Shown piece by piece: positions 37,858 to 47,857 of a DNA stretch of 64,000 nucleotides. The DNA is from an uncultured bacterium (GTDB lineage: Bacteria > Hydrothermota > Tepidihabitantia > Tepidihabitantales > Tepidihabitantaceae): assembly GCA_964412225.1 (NCBI GenBank), contig CAYPNB010000006.1:25378-89377 (forward strand), read 5' to 3'. A program made the position numbers and the translations under genes. The first letter of the stretch is position 1. Each line of letters starts with the position of its first letter. The notes under the pieces were generated by a model, which saw nothing but the letters and a program-made list of their open reading frames with translations, had not been told where the DNA came from and did not search any database.

Positions 37858-38786
37858 TGCCAGGTTTCCTGGATCCCTTTTTTCAGGTCGTACTCGGGCA
37901 CAAAACCCAGTTCTGTTTTTGCCCGTTGATCAGAACATACCCAGCACTCCTGACCGAGTTCCTGCACTTTATCCGGGTTGAAGATGGTTCCCGCCGGTGT
38001 GAGGTTGCGGTTCAATCCCGCGGCAAGGTGGAGAAGCCAGGCTGGAATCCGAATCCGGAAAACCCGCTGGCCGGTGAGTTTTTCCCATTCCTCAGCCAGC
38101 ATATGATAACTGTAACAGACGCCGTCACTGACAAAATAAACCGAACCCGAGGGGACCGTCCTTTCCGCGGCAAGAAGCGCCGCCTGCGCTGCGTCCCGGA
38201 CGTAGATGAGGGAAAAAGTTCCCCCCAGAATTGGTGCTATCCCCCGGGAAAGCAACCGCCAGAACACCAGTCCATCCTGGTCCCGCGGTCCGTAAACCAC
38301 CGGTAACCGTAATACTACCGAATGGAGTTGTTCCCGGAGCGCGGTTACCGCCTGTTCCGCCTGTAACTTTGCCCGGCCGTACTCGCTCACCGGCTGCGGT
38401 GTCCGTTCTTCACTTAACCGTTCTCCGGCTTTTACCGGACCCGCTGCTGCCACCGAGGAAAAAAGCACAAACCGCTTGACCCCGGCACGCGCTGCCAGTT
38501 CTGCCAGCCGGAGGCTGCCGGTATAATTTACCCGGAGAAAGTCTTCACCCTTTTTCGCCCGCACCGCCGCCGCGGCGTGAAAAACAACCGTTATCTCATT
38601 CAGCGCCGGCGCGAGTGAATTTTCATCTTCCAGTTCGCCATAAGCCAGTTCCACTTTTAATCCCTGGAGCCAACGGAGGTTACTTGTCCGCCGCACCATC
38701 GCCCGCACCGTGTACCCCTTTGTCAGCAGCAGTTCGCAGAGATGGGACCCGATAAATCCGTTGGCACCGGTCACCAAAACCTTCAT
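37830..38786 (-). CDS. NAD-dependent epimerase/dehydratase (extended SDR)
   Basis: Rossmann motif MKVLVTGANGFIGSHL and the catalytic YxxxK region. Confidence 0.85.
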   Translation of the reverse strand: MKVLVTGANGFIGSHLCELLLTKGYTVRAMVRRTSNLRWLQGLKVELAYGELEDENSLAPALNEITVVFHAAAAVRAKKGEDFLRVNYTGSLRLAELAARAGVKRFVLFSSVAAAGPVKAGERLSEERTPQPVSEYGRAKLQAEQAVTALREQLHSVVLRLPVVYGPRDQDGLVFWRLLSRGIAPILGGTFSLIYVRDAAQAALLAAERTVPSGSVYFVSDGVCYSYHMLAEEWEKLTGQRVFRIRIPAWLLHLAAGLNRNLTPAGTIFNPDKVQELGQECWVCSDQRAKTELGFVPEYDLKKGIQETWQWYKEQGWI

Positions 38787-39625
38787 TTCAGTTCTGGCAA
38801 AACCCGTTTGAGGAGAAAATTTCTTGCCCGCAGTGCCGCCTCCTTCGGCCTCGTTTCCATCACCAGGAGCGCCGGGCTATTGCAGATCAACAGTCGGAGA
38901 TACGGCAAGACATCGGCACTGCCCTCACCCAGGGGCAGATGCTCATCCCGTACCCCGTTGTTGTGGTGGATGTGGCTGTGATAGATCAGTTGGGAGAAAC
39001 GTCGGAAAAAGGTCAACTCTCTTTTGCGCTTTTTTGGGGGCAGAATTGCGATATGACCGGTATCAAAACAGAGCCCTAAATTTTCTCCCAGAACCCGGGA
39101 CAGGATCCGCTGGCTCGGGGCGTAGCGAAAACCACCCACGTTTTCCACGCACAACCGGGCTTTGTCCCGGGCGTATTCCTTTAATTCGGCAAAGGCTTCG
39201 GCAAGCACCAGTTCATAGTAGCGGGGAAACTCCTGATGGGTGTAGCGGTTGGTGCCACCCAGACCGTAATGCATATCAAAGCCAAGGTGCATAACAACAT
39301 TTTCCGCGCCGATGTCACCCGCCCACCGCAGTGTCCGTTTTAACTCCCGGACCGCGCACCGGTGGACCGCCCGGCTCGGTGTGAAAAGGGACGGTCCTTC
39401 CAGCGCATGGATTGCCAGTTTCAGCCTTGCTCTTCGGGCCTGCCGACGGAGCCTTTCTCGTTCTCCGGGTTTCTGCAACTGCTCGCCAAAGCGGATATTT
39501 CCGAGATTTATCTCCAGGACGCCGAATCGGTGTTGGGCTGCAAAATCAATTGCGCTGGTGATGTCTGAGAAATCAAAGAGAATCTGGATGCCGACCCTTT
39601 GCCGGAGCCTTTCACCTTCAGGCAC
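38783..39625 (-). CDS. Sugar phosphate isomerase/epimerase (xylose isomerase-like TIM barrel)
   Basis: AP-endonuclease-2/XylA-like TIM barrel signature (conserved H/D/E metal ligands). 4-nt overlap with the upstream epimerase gene. Confidence 0.7.
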   Translation of the reverse strand: MPEGERLRQRVGIQILFDFSDITSAIDFAAQHRFGVLEINLGNIRFGEQLQKPGERERLRRQARRARLKLAIHALEGPSLFTPSRAVHRCAVRELKRTLRWAGDIGAENVVMHLGFDMHYGLGGTNRYTHQEFPRYYELVLAEAFAELKEYARDKARLCVENVGGFRYAPSQRILSRVLGENLGLCFDTGHIAILPPKKRKRELTFFRRFSQLIYHSHIHHNNGVRDEHLPLGEGSADVLPYLRLLICNSPALLVMETRPKEAALRARNFLLKRVLPELK

Positions 39626-40211
39626 AACCGATTATATTGCCCATTTTGCTTCTGTCAAGATAACACATTGCCCAACTGAGCGTTAACCGAAACCATCTTG
39701 AGCAGACCACAGACACATCGTAAATCTTTAGCTGTTTTGCCCTGTATTCGGGAAGAAGGTTAACCCGCAGAACAGAACTCTCAGGGTTGGGGGAAAACCA
39801 ATAATTAATTTTGCGGGCAAATTTGCCAATGGGGGCAAAGTTTTGTCTGGCGGAGAAATTATATAAGGCTTAATTTTTCAGCGTGTTGTCAGGAAAATCG
39901 GCCTTACCCCTTCCCAGTTCCCCCGGCTGTTTTCCGGGACGCGGTAAAGGTGGCGGTGCGGTCCGGGATACCGGTGGGAGCGACCTCTGGTGGTGTGTCT
40001 TTTTTGTTAATGAAATGGCGGTGGTTTTGGTGATTGCGATGGTTACTAATCGGGGGTTTGCTTTATCGATAGTTTAAGGAAAGAAAGAGGCTTGCCGCTA
40101 ACGGATTGGAAACAGGGGGAATTTTTCCCCGGATGGGGGAGATTGTTTCTTTGTGATTGTCCGCGTGAGCGCGGGCTTGATTGTTGGGCGGAGTGGGGTA
40201 TGATTTATTAT

Positions 40212-41147
40212 ATGGGAACAACTGTTATTGCAATTGGCGGCAATTCGTTGATCCGGCGCAAGGGTAACAGTTCTTTTCAAGAGCAGATGGCAACGCTGGA
40301 GGCAACCGGTGCGCCGATTGTCCAGCTGGTGCAGGGCGGTGAGCGGGTGGTGATAACCCACGGAAATGGTCCCCAGGTCGGGTTTGTGCTTTTACGTTCC
40401 CATCTGGCACGAAACCGGCTGCCAGAGGTGCCGCTGGACGCGGCGAACGCCCAGACCCAGGCGGAGATCGGGTATATGATCCAGCAGGTTTTGGGCAATC
40501 AGTTCCGGCGAATTGGTGTTTCCCGTCGGGTGGTTACGGTTGTTACCCAGGTGGTGGTGGACAAGGAGGACCCGGCGTTTCACAATCCGGCCAAGCCGGT
40601 GGGACCATTTTACACCCGGGAGGAGGCGATGCGGTTGCAGCGGGAACTGGGCTGGACAATGAAGGAGGATGCGGGTCGGGGGTTCCGGCGCCTGGTGCCA
40701 TCGCCGATGCCAAAGGCGGTCGTGGAGATTGAAGAGATTCGTTCTTTGATTTTGGCGGGTGCGGTGGTGGTGGCGGCAGGTGGGGGCGGGATTCCGGTGG
40801 TGGAGGATGATAACGGCTTGCGCGGGGTGGCGGCGGTGATTGATAAGGATCTGGCCTCGGCGCTACTGGCCAACCTTATCGGCGCCGATCGGCTGGTGAT
40901 TTCTACCGCGGTTGACCGGGTGTATCTGAATTACGGTCAGCCAGATGCCCGGTCGATTGAGCGGGCGAGTGCGGAAGAGATGCGGGGTTACCTGGAGGCG
41001 GGCCATTTTCCCGAGGGGAGTATGGGTCCGAAGGTGGCGGCGGCGCTGGCGTTTCTTGCCGGTGGTGGCAAAGAGGTTGTCATTACCGACCCGGAGCATA
41101 TTTTAGCCGCCTTAGCAGGTGCGGCCGGGACGAGGGTTGAGCGATGA
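40212..41147 (+). CDS. arcC: Carbamate kinase
   Basis: MGTTVIAIGGNSL N-terminus (amino-acid kinase family) and carbamate kinase body. The track ORF begins at 40092, but the ATG at 40212 matches typical arcC starts. Confidence 0.85.
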   Translation: MGTTVIAIGGNSLIRRKGNSSFQEQMATLEATGAPIVQLVQGGERVVITHGNGPQVGFVLLRSHLARNRLPEVPLDAANAQTQAEIGYMIQQVLGNQFRRIGVSRRVVTVVTQVVVDKEDPAFHNPAKPVGPFYTREEAMRLQRELGWTMKEDAGRGFRRLVPSPMPKAVVEIEEIRSLILAGAVVVAAGGGGIPVVEDDNGLRGVAAVIDKDLASALLANLIGADRLVISTAVDRVYLNYGQPDARSIERASAEEMRGYLEAGHFPEGSMGPKVAAALAFLAGGGKEVVITDPEHILAALAGAAGTRVER

Positions 41148-42415
41148 GATTTTTTTCTGGTGGGGCTGCCCCCCGGTTGTTGTTTACCCGGTTCGTTTTG
41201 CTGTTGCCCGTTTTTGTTTCGGGGATGATGCTCATTCCAATGGATTTGAGTCAGAGTGACCACCTTAAGGCTTATGGCATTGCCTACCGGCTGTTACAGC
41301 GGGGGCAACGGGTGGAGTGGCTTTTGAATTACCGGGGCGGTTCGTTTCTGTTTCCCGATGATGCCCAGACGGCAAAGGAGTGCCGGTTAAACGGGGTGCA
41401 GTTTGAAATTGTTGGTTCGGCCGAGGTGGTGGCAATTCGGCAGACAATAGAGGCGAACAATATGGCAGCGGTGGTGCTGGAGCGACCGACCCGGGTGGCG
41501 GTTTATGCCCCGCCAACCGCTGACCCGTGGGATGATGCGGTGCGGCTGGCGCTGGACTATGCCGGCATTCCTTATGAAGTGGTCTGGGATCGGGAGGTGC
41601 TTGCCGGCAGGCTTTCGCAGTTTGATTGGTTACATCTCCATCACGAGGATTTCACCGGTCAGTTCGGTAAGTTTTATTCCTCCTACCGCCACGAGAAATG
41701 GTATCAGGAGGAGGTGGCGCTCAACATCAGAACCGCGCGGGAACTCGGTTTCCGTAAGGTGAGCCAGTTGAAACTGGCGGTACTGGAGGCAATCCGGAAG
41801 TATGTGGCAGAAGGGGGGATGCTGTTTGCGATGTGTTCGGCGACCGATTCCCCGGATATCGCCTGGGCGGCAAGGAACACCGACATCTGTGCCGAGGTTT
41901 TTGACGGTGACCCGGTTGATCCGCAGTATCAGTCCCGACTTGACTTTACCGGCTGTTTTGCCTTTGAAAACTTTCAGGTTATCACCGATCCGCTGGTCTA
42001 TGAGCATTCCAATATTGATACCTATCTGGAGGCGACCGCCCGGGGGCAGGATGTCTATTTTTCCCTTTTTGATTTTTCCGCCAAGTACGACCCGGTGCCG
42101 ACGATGCTGGTGCAGAACCACGTTGGGCTGGTCAAGGAGTTTCTCGGGCAGAACTGTGGGTTCCGGCGTTCGGTCTTAAAGAAGGATGTTCTGATTATGG
42201 GAGAGGTGGCGAACACCGAGGAGGTTAAGTACATTCACGGTGAGTTTGGCAAGGGGACTTTTACCTTTCTCGGCGGACACGACCCGGAGGACTACGCCCA
42301 CCGGATTGGCGACCCACCCACCGACCTCTCCCTGCACAAGAACTCACCCGGTTACCGGTTGATTCTCAACAATGTCCTTTTTCCGGCAGCGGAGAAAAAG
42401 CCTTTAAAGACGTAA
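41144..42415 (+). CDS. Hypothetical secreted protein (signal peptide; possible GATase1-like/ThuA-like fold)
   Basis: N-terminal hydrophobic signal (LLFTRFVLLLPVFVSGMMLI). A Cys in a nucleophile-elbow-like context (GGMLFAMCSATD). Translationally coupled to arcC (ATGA overlap). Confidence 0.35.
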   Translation: MRFFSGGAAPRLLFTRFVLLLPVFVSGMMLIPMDLSQSDHLKAYGIAYRLLQRGQRVEWLLNYRGGSFLFPDDAQTAKECRLNGVQFEIVGSAEVVAIRQTIEANNMAAVVLERPTRVAVYAPPTADPWDDAVRLALDYAGIPYEVVWDREVLAGRLSQFDWLHLHHEDFTGQFGKFYSSYRHEKWYQEEVALNIRTARELGFRKVSQLKLAVLEAIRKYVAEGGMLFAMCSATDSPDIAWAARNTDICAEVFDGDPVDPQYQSRLDFTGCFAFENFQVITDPLVYEHSNIDTYLEATARGQDVYFSLFDFSAKYDPVPTMLVQNHVGLVKEFLGQNCGFRRSVLKKDVLIMGEVANTEEVKYIHGEFGKGTFTFLGGHDPEDYAHRIGDPPTDLSLHKNSPGYRLILNNVLFPAAEKKPLKT

Positions 42416-42419
42416 ACCG

Positions 42420-43277
42420 ATGCGGTCGGCTGCCGAATGTTTTGAGTGCGGGATGAGGCAGTGTTTGAAGATGGTCCGGATGGTTAACGGTGGCGAGCAG
42501 GATGAGGCGAGGGTGCACGACCGGCTGGAAAAGTTGCGGCCGCAACTGGACGAAACGGAACCGCCCAGTACTTATACCTCCCGGATGCTCGTGGCAACGA
42601 TGGACCTGCTGGGGATTACCGATCCGTTTCAGGAGGTAAAAGAGGAGCAGAACCGCCGGGCGGCAGAACTGGCAACGCGGTTTGATGCCGAACTGGACCG
42701 CTGTGATTCACCCCTGTACCGGGCGTTGATTCTGGCGGCGGCGGGTAATGTGATTGACGTCGGACCGCAGCGCCGTTTTGACATTCAGAAGCAACTGCAG
42801 CGGCTTGCCTTTGCCCGCGATGATAGCGGGTTGTTGCTGGAACGGCTGGCAAAGGCAAAGCGGGTGATGTTCATTCTGGACAATGCGGGCGAGGTTTTCT
42901 TTGACCGGCTTCTGCTCAAGCGCCTGCCCGAAGTGGAACTGACCATTGTTGCCCGGTCGGCGCCGATTCTCAACGATATCACGGTGACCGAGGCGGCGGC
43001 GCTGGGATTGGGAGAACTGGGTCGATTAATTGGCACCGGTTCCCGTTATCTGGGGGTGGATCTAAAGACCGTATCGGCAGAATTTCGGGAGAGTTATTAC
43101 CAGGCGGACCTGGTGATTGCCAAGGGGCATGCCAACTTTGAGTCGCTGGTTGAGGAGGGCCGGGACGGGTTTTATCTACTTGCCGCCAAGTGCGAACTGG
43201 TGGCGGAGCGGTTAGGGGTGAAGCCGGGGGATTTGGTCTGCTGTTATTCACCGGGGAAGGGGGAGCGATGTGTTTAG
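42420..43277 (+). CDS. DUF89 family protein (ARMT1-like metal-dependent damage-control phosphatase family)
   Basis: DNAGE motif (FILDNAGEVFFD) and KGxANFE motif (IAKGHANFESL), characteristic of DUF89. N-terminal Cys pair. Confidence 0.7.
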   Translation: MRSAAECFECGMRQCLKMVRMVNGGEQDEARVHDRLEKLRPQLDETEPPSTYTSRMLVATMDLLGITDPFQEVKEEQNRRAAELATRFDAELDRCDSPLYRALILAAAGNVIDVGPQRRFDIQKQLQRLAFARDDSGLLLERLAKAKRVMFILDNAGEVFFDRLLLKRLPEVELTIVARSAPILNDITVTEAAALGLGELGRLIGTGSRYLGVDLKTVSAEFRESYYQADLVIAKGHANFESLVEEGRDGFYLLAAKCELVAERLGVKPGDLVCCYSPGKGERCV

Positions 43278-43570
43278 CGGTTCCGACTCGGATTAAAGCG
43301 ATTGAAGGAGACCGGGCAATTGGCGAGGTTGGCGGTGTGGAAAGGGAGATTTCAATTGTGATGACCCCGGGGGTGAAGGTCGGGGATTATGTGATTGTCC
43401 ATGCCGGTTTTGCGATTCAGGTTCTTGACCGGCAGGCGGCAGAGGAGAGCCTGGCGATTTTTACGAAAATGGCAGAACGGGTTGAGGAGTTTAAAAAAGG
43501 CGTGGTTAACAGACCGGCTCAATCACCACCTCGCCGCCCGCCTCCTGCTGCTGGGCGCTCTGGGCGATGA
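43268..43570 (+). CDS. hypC: HypC/HybG/HupF-family hydrogenase maturation factor (orphan)
   Basis: Starts MCLAVPTRIKAIEGDRAIGEVGGVEREISI...VGDYVIVHAGFAIQVLD, i.e. the hallmark N-terminal Met-Cys and HypC fold. Start overlaps the DUF89 gene. Confidence 0.75.
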   Translation: MCLAVPTRIKAIEGDRAIGEVGGVEREISIVMTPGVKVGDYVIVHAGFAIQVLDRQAAEESLAIFTKMAERVEEFKKGVVNRPAQSPPRRPPPAAGRSGR

Positions 43571-44006
43571 TCTGTGCGGCAACAGCCGCATTGGGCGCAT
43601 TGCGCGCCAGTTCCCGAACTGGCGCCAGATGCAGGGCCCGGGCCAGCGCCGCCAGAACCTGCAGATAAACCGAATAGAGTGATGGTGGCGATATTAGCGC
43701 CACCACCAGGTCAACCGGTTCGTTGTCCCGGGCGTGCCAGTCAAGAGCGGGGTTGAGGCGGACGACCACCACGATAATCCGGTCAATGCTATCGGTGGCA
43801 GAATGGGGCAGGGCAACGCCGTGGCCGACCCCGGTGGAGCAAAGTTCTTCTCTTTTTCGGAATCCCTCTATAAGGGAGTCGTGATCAACGGAGATACCCG
43901 CGGTCAGGAGCTGGTCGGCGATCAGGTGAAACAGTTCTTCCTGCAGGTTGATGGGCGGGGCGTCCAGAGCGAGTTCAGGGGAGACGATCTCGGTGAGCTT
44001 AATCAT
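43506..44006 (-). CDS. ptsN: PTS EIIA-Ntr/fructose-type (PtsN-like) phosphotransferase component
   Basis: PTS_EIIA_2 fold with phosphorylatable His in GVALPHS. Confidence 0.75.
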   Translation of the reverse strand: MIKLTEIVSPELALDAPPINLQEELFHLIADQLLTAGISVDHDSLIEGFRKREELCSTGVGHGVALPHSATDSIDRIIVVVVRLNPALDWHARDNEPVDLVVALISPPSLYSVYLQVLAALARALHLAPVRELARNAPNAAVAAQIIAQSAQQQEAGGEVVIEPVC

Positions 44007-45051
44007 AAGTCAGAAAAAATTTTTCTACCGTAGAAATGATGAACGCCTGCTCGTCATCTGTCAAGTTTTGTCGGATGGGCAGGCAAAGAGTTTCCTCAGC
44101 CGCGCGTTCGGCTTCGGGAAGAACGAGGTTGCCGAACAGGGCGGCAAAATCCGAGCACCGATGGATCGGTTGGGGATAATAGACCATTGTCTCAATGCCC
44201 GTCCGGGTAAGGAAGGTGCGCAATTGGTCCCGGTGCGGGGTGCGGATGGCAAACTGATGGAAATTGGGCCGGCTATCCGGGGCGCTGGCGACGATTTTGA
44301 CCAGCGGGTTAAGCGCCGATTGATACCGCCGGGCGATGGCCCGGCGCCGGGTCAGCCCGGAGTCAAGATGGCGGAGTTTGAGGCGCAGAAATGCCGCCTG
44401 CAGTTCGTCCAGACGGGCCGAGGTTTCACAATCAACCCGGATTGATGAGGCTGCTATTGCTCCGCCGTTGCCGAGTGCGCCGAGGTTTTTGGTGGGGTAA
44501 AAACTGAAGGCGCTGGCGGTGCCAAAACTGCCCAGTTTTTTCTCGTGGTAAGTTGAGCCGATTGCCTGGGCGGCGTCTTCAATCAGGAGGATGTTTTCCT
44601 GCTGGCAGAGGGAAAGAAACTGGTTGACGTCGCTACAGTTGCCAAAAAGGTGGACGAGAAGAATCGCCTTTGTGTGGGCGGTGATGACCGCCCGGCAGCG
44701 TTCCGGAGACAGGCAGAGGGTGTCGGGGTCAATGTCCGCAAGAACCGGTGTGGCACCGGTGCGTAGGATGGCGGTGATGGTGCCGGAGAAGGTGAACGGA
44801 GCGGTAATCACTTCGTCGCCGGGGCCGATGCCGAGTGCCTTCATTGCAAAAAACAGCCCGTCGGTACCGCTCTTCACCCCCCAGACCTGATTAACACCAA
44901 GGTACTCGGCCAGTTCCTTTTCTAACTGTGCCAGTTCCGGACCGAAGACAAACCTGCCGGTCCGGAGGATGCGTTCCAGAGTCTGATGAAAATCGGCGGC
45001 AAAAGGAAGGTTTTCCGATTTCAGGTCGTAGAAGGGGACACGGAAAGACAT
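43999..45051 (-). CDS. DegT/DnrJ/EryC1/StrS family PLP-dependent sugar aminotransferase
   Basis: N-terminal FYDLKSENLPFAADF...; PLP-Lys region; C-terminal CLPI motif. Confidence 0.85.
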   Translation of the reverse strand: MSFRVPFYDLKSENLPFAADFHQTLERILRTGRFVFGPELAQLEKELAEYLGVNQVWGVKSGTDGLFFAMKALGIGPGDEVITAPFTFSGTITAILRTGATPVLADIDPDTLCLSPERCRAVITAHTKAILLVHLFGNCSDVNQFLSLCQQENILLIEDAAQAIGSTYHEKKLGSFGTASAFSFYPTKNLGALGNGGAIAASSIRVDCETSARLDELQAAFLRLKLRHLDSGLTRRRAIARRYQSALNPLVKIVASAPDSRPNFHQFAIRTPHRDQLRTFLTRTGIETMVYYPQPIHRCSDFAALFGNLVLPEAERAAEETLCLPIRQNLTDDEQAFIISTVEKFFLTYD

Positions 45052-45169
45052 CAGGAGCGATAATAGTCAGGAGAGGAGATAAGTCAATGAAAATTGCAGG
45101 TCAGCGGCAGCCCGGGGTGGCGGTTTTTATCGGGCTTGACCCGGGGACGGCCGGGTTTAGAATTTATCT

Positions 45170-47200
45170 GTGAGTGAGCGTTTTCGGTTAAAGGCGCCGT
45201 TTAAGCCAGCCGGGGACCAGCCGGAGGCGATTGAGCGGTTGGTGGAATTTGTCCGGTCCGGGGCAAAGTTTTCCACCCTTTTAGGTGTAACCGGTTCGGG
45301 CAAAACCTTTGTGATGGCAAATGTGATTGCCAGGTTGAACCGGCCGACGATTGTCCTTTCCCATAACAAGACCCTGGCGGCGCAGCTTTATGGAGAGTTC
45401 AGGCAGTTCTTTCCGGAGAATGCGGTGGAGTATTTTATTTCCTATTACGACTATTATCAGCCCGAGGCTTATGTGCCGGAGCACGACCTCTATATTGAGA
45501 AGGACGCCTCCATTAACGAGGAGATTGAGCGGTTGCGGTTACGCGCCACCTCCAGTCTGATTGAGCGCCGGGATGTGATTATCGTTGCTTCGGTGTCCTG
45601 TATTTACAATCTCGGTGAGCCCTGGGAGTTCAAGGAGGCGCTTTTTCCAATTGAGATGGAGCGGGAAATGGATCGGGAAGGGTTGCTGGAAAAACTGGTA
45701 AAACTGCAGTACACCAGGAATGATTTTGAGTTAAAGCGGTCAACCTTTCGGGTAAGGGGTGATGTGGTTGAGATTCACCCTTCCCACCGGGATTACGGGG
45801 TGCGGGTGGAGTTTGACCGGGAGTGGGTGGCGAGGTTGAGCATATTTGACATCCTTACCGGTGACCTGATTGAGCGCCGGGAGCGGGTGGTGATTTACCC
45901 GGCAAAGCATTTTGTTACCGGGCCAGAACGAATAGAACGGGCGCTGGTGTCAATTGAAGAGGAACTGCATCAGCGGGTGGCAGAACTGGAGGCACAGGGG
46001 AAGCACCTTGAGGCACAGCGGTTAAAGACAAGAACCAGGTTTGACCTGGAGATGATTCGGGAGTTTGGCTACTGTCCGGGGATTGAGAACTACTCCCGCC
46101 ACTTTCTGGGCAAGGCGCCCGGGGAAAGACCTTACTGCCTTTTAGACTATTTTCCTGCCGACTATTTGATGTTCGTTGACGAGTCCCATGTGACCGTTCC
46201 CCAGATTCAGGGAATGTATAACGGCGACCGGTCCCGTAAGCAGGTTCTGGTTGATTACGGGTTCCGGTTGCCCTCCTGCCTTGATAACCGGCCGTTGCGG
46301 TTTGATGAGTTTGAGACGCTGGTCAATCAGGCGATTTTTACCTCGGCAACGCCGGGTGATTATGAACTGGCGGTGAGTCAGGAAAGGGTAGCAGAGTTAA
46401 TTGTCCGCCCGACCGGTCTGGTTGACCCGAAGATGACGGTGAGACCGACGAAAAACCAGGTTGATGACCTGATAAATGAGATTCGTCAGCGGGTGCAACG
46501 CCGGGAACGGGTACTGGTTACTACCCTGACTAAGAGAATGGCAGAGGACCTTGCCGAATATCTGACCGAAATGGGGGTCAAGGTGCGGTATCTTCATTCC
46601 GAGATTGAGCCGCTGGACCGGGTGGAGATTCTGCGTGGTTTAAGGCTGGGTGAGTTTGATGTGCTGGTCGGGATAAACCTTTTACGGGAGGGGCTGGACC
46701 TGCCCGAGGTTTCCCTGGTGGCGGTTCTGGATGCGGATAAGGAGGGGTTTCTGCGGGACGCCCGTTCGCTGATTCAGACCGCGGGCAGGGCGGCGAGAAA
46801 TGTTCAGGGAGAGGTAATCCTCTATGCGGACAACATCACCCGTTCCATCCGCAATGCACTCAAGGAGACGGAAAGGAGAAGGCAGAAGCAGATTGAGTTT
46901 AATGAACGTTATGGCATCACCCCGCGTTCCATTGAGAAGACAACCGAACAGGTCCTAGGGACAACCGCGGTTGCGGATGCGAAGAGGTCTGAGGAGATCG
47001 AGACAACCGAATGGCTGACCGCGGAGAAAGAAAATCCCCTGGAACTGCTTGCCGCTTTAGAGAAGGAGATGGCGCGGGCGGCACAGAATCTGGAGTTTGA
47101 AAAGGCGGCAAAAATCCGGGATAAAATCTGGGAACTGAGACAGCAGATTGACGATGAGGAGTGGAAAAGACAGAGGCGCAAAAGGCTGAAGCGGCGGTAG
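45170..47200 (+). CDS. uvrB: Excinuclease ABC subunit B
   Basis: [14 protein letters not shown], Walker [10 protein letters not shown], helicase motifs, beta-hairpin, C-terminal UVR domain. 676 aa. Confidence 0.95.
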   Translation: MSERFRLKAPFKPAGDQPEAIERLVEFVRSGAKFSTLLGVTGSGKTFVMANVIARLNRPTIVLSHNKTLAAQLYGEFRQFFPENAVEYFISYYDYYQPEAYVPEHDLYIEKDASINEEIERLRLRATSSLIERRDVIIVASVSCIYNLGEPWEFKEALFPIEMEREMDREGLLEKLVKLQYTRNDFELKRSTFRVRGDVVEIHPSHRDYGVRVEFDREWVARLSIFDILTGDLIERRERVVIYPAKHFVTGPERIERALVSIEEELHQRVAELEAQGKHLEAQRLKTRTRFDLEMIREFGYCPGIENYSRHFLGKAPGERPYCLLDYFPADYLMFVDESHVTVPQIQGMYNGDRSRKQVLVDYGFRLPSCLDNRPLRFDEFETLVNQAIFTSATPGDYELAVSQERVAELIVRPTGLVDPKMTVRPTKNQVDDLINEIRQRVQRRERVLVTTLTKRMAEDLAEYLTEMGVKVRYLHSEIEPLDRVEILRGLRLGEFDVLVGINLLREGLDLPEVSLVAVLDADKEGFLRDARSLIQTAGRAARNVQGEVILYADNITRSIRNALKETERRRQKQIEFNERYGITPRSIEKTTEQVLGTTAVADAKRSEEIETTEWLTAEKENPLELLAALEKEMARAAQNLEFEKAAKIRDKIWELRQQIDDEEWKRQRRKRLKRR

Positions 47201-47230
47201 GAGATTTTCTGTCCGGACGCTGATTCTGGG

Positions 47231-47857
47231 GTGAGGAGCAAATTGCATTTGGCAGAAGTGGCAGCGGAAAACCGGGAAAAAGGGGGGATTTTGGGCCAAG
47301 GTTTGAGGCGGTGCCGGCGGTGCGGGTTGCCGGGAGATGTCCGCCCGGTGTTCAGCAGCTTTACCGGTCAGCGGTGGATGCTGGTTGGGCAGGCGCCGGG
47401 AATAAAGGAGCAGATTTTCAGAAGGTTGTTTGTCGGTGCGGCAGGAAGGAGGCTTTTTAAGTGGCTGGCAGAGGTGGGGTTGGCCGAGGAGGAGTTCCGT
47501 TCTTTCTGTTATATCACCGCGGTGATGAAGTGTTTTCCGGGTAAAGGCAGGCGCGGCGACCGGAAGCCCAATAAAAGGCAACTTGGTAACTGTGCTTTTT
47601 GGCTGGAGAAGGAACTGGCATTGATTAAACCGGCGGTGGTGATTCTGGTTGGAAAGTTGGCGATTGAGCGTTTTCTGGGCGGGGTTAAACTGGCAGAGGT
47701 GGTGGGTAAAAGTTTTGTGAAGACAGTTAACGATCAGAAGGTGACCGTTATTCCCCTGCCGCATCCGTCCGGCGCGTCGGTCTGGACAAATCGGCGGGAG
47801 AATCAGAAATTGATAAAGCAGGCGCTGCGGCTAATTGGCCGGGCTAAAGTTCAGTGA
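47231..47857 (+). CDS. Uracil-DNA glycosylase, family 4 (Fe-S containing UDG superfamily)
   Basis: CxxC Fe-S ligands, GQAPG (family 4 GEAPG-like) motif, and C-terminal HPSG motif. Confidence 0.75.
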   Translation: MRSKLHLAEVAAENREKGGILGQGLRRCRRCGLPGDVRPVFSSFTGQRWMLVGQAPGIKEQIFRRLFVGAAGRRLFKWLAEVGLAEEEFRSFCYITAVMKCFPGKGRRGDRKPNKRQLGNCAFWLEKELALIKPAVVILVGKLAIERFLGGVKLAEVVGKSFVKTVNDQKVTVIPLPHPSGASVWTNRRENQKLIKQALRLIGRAKVQ

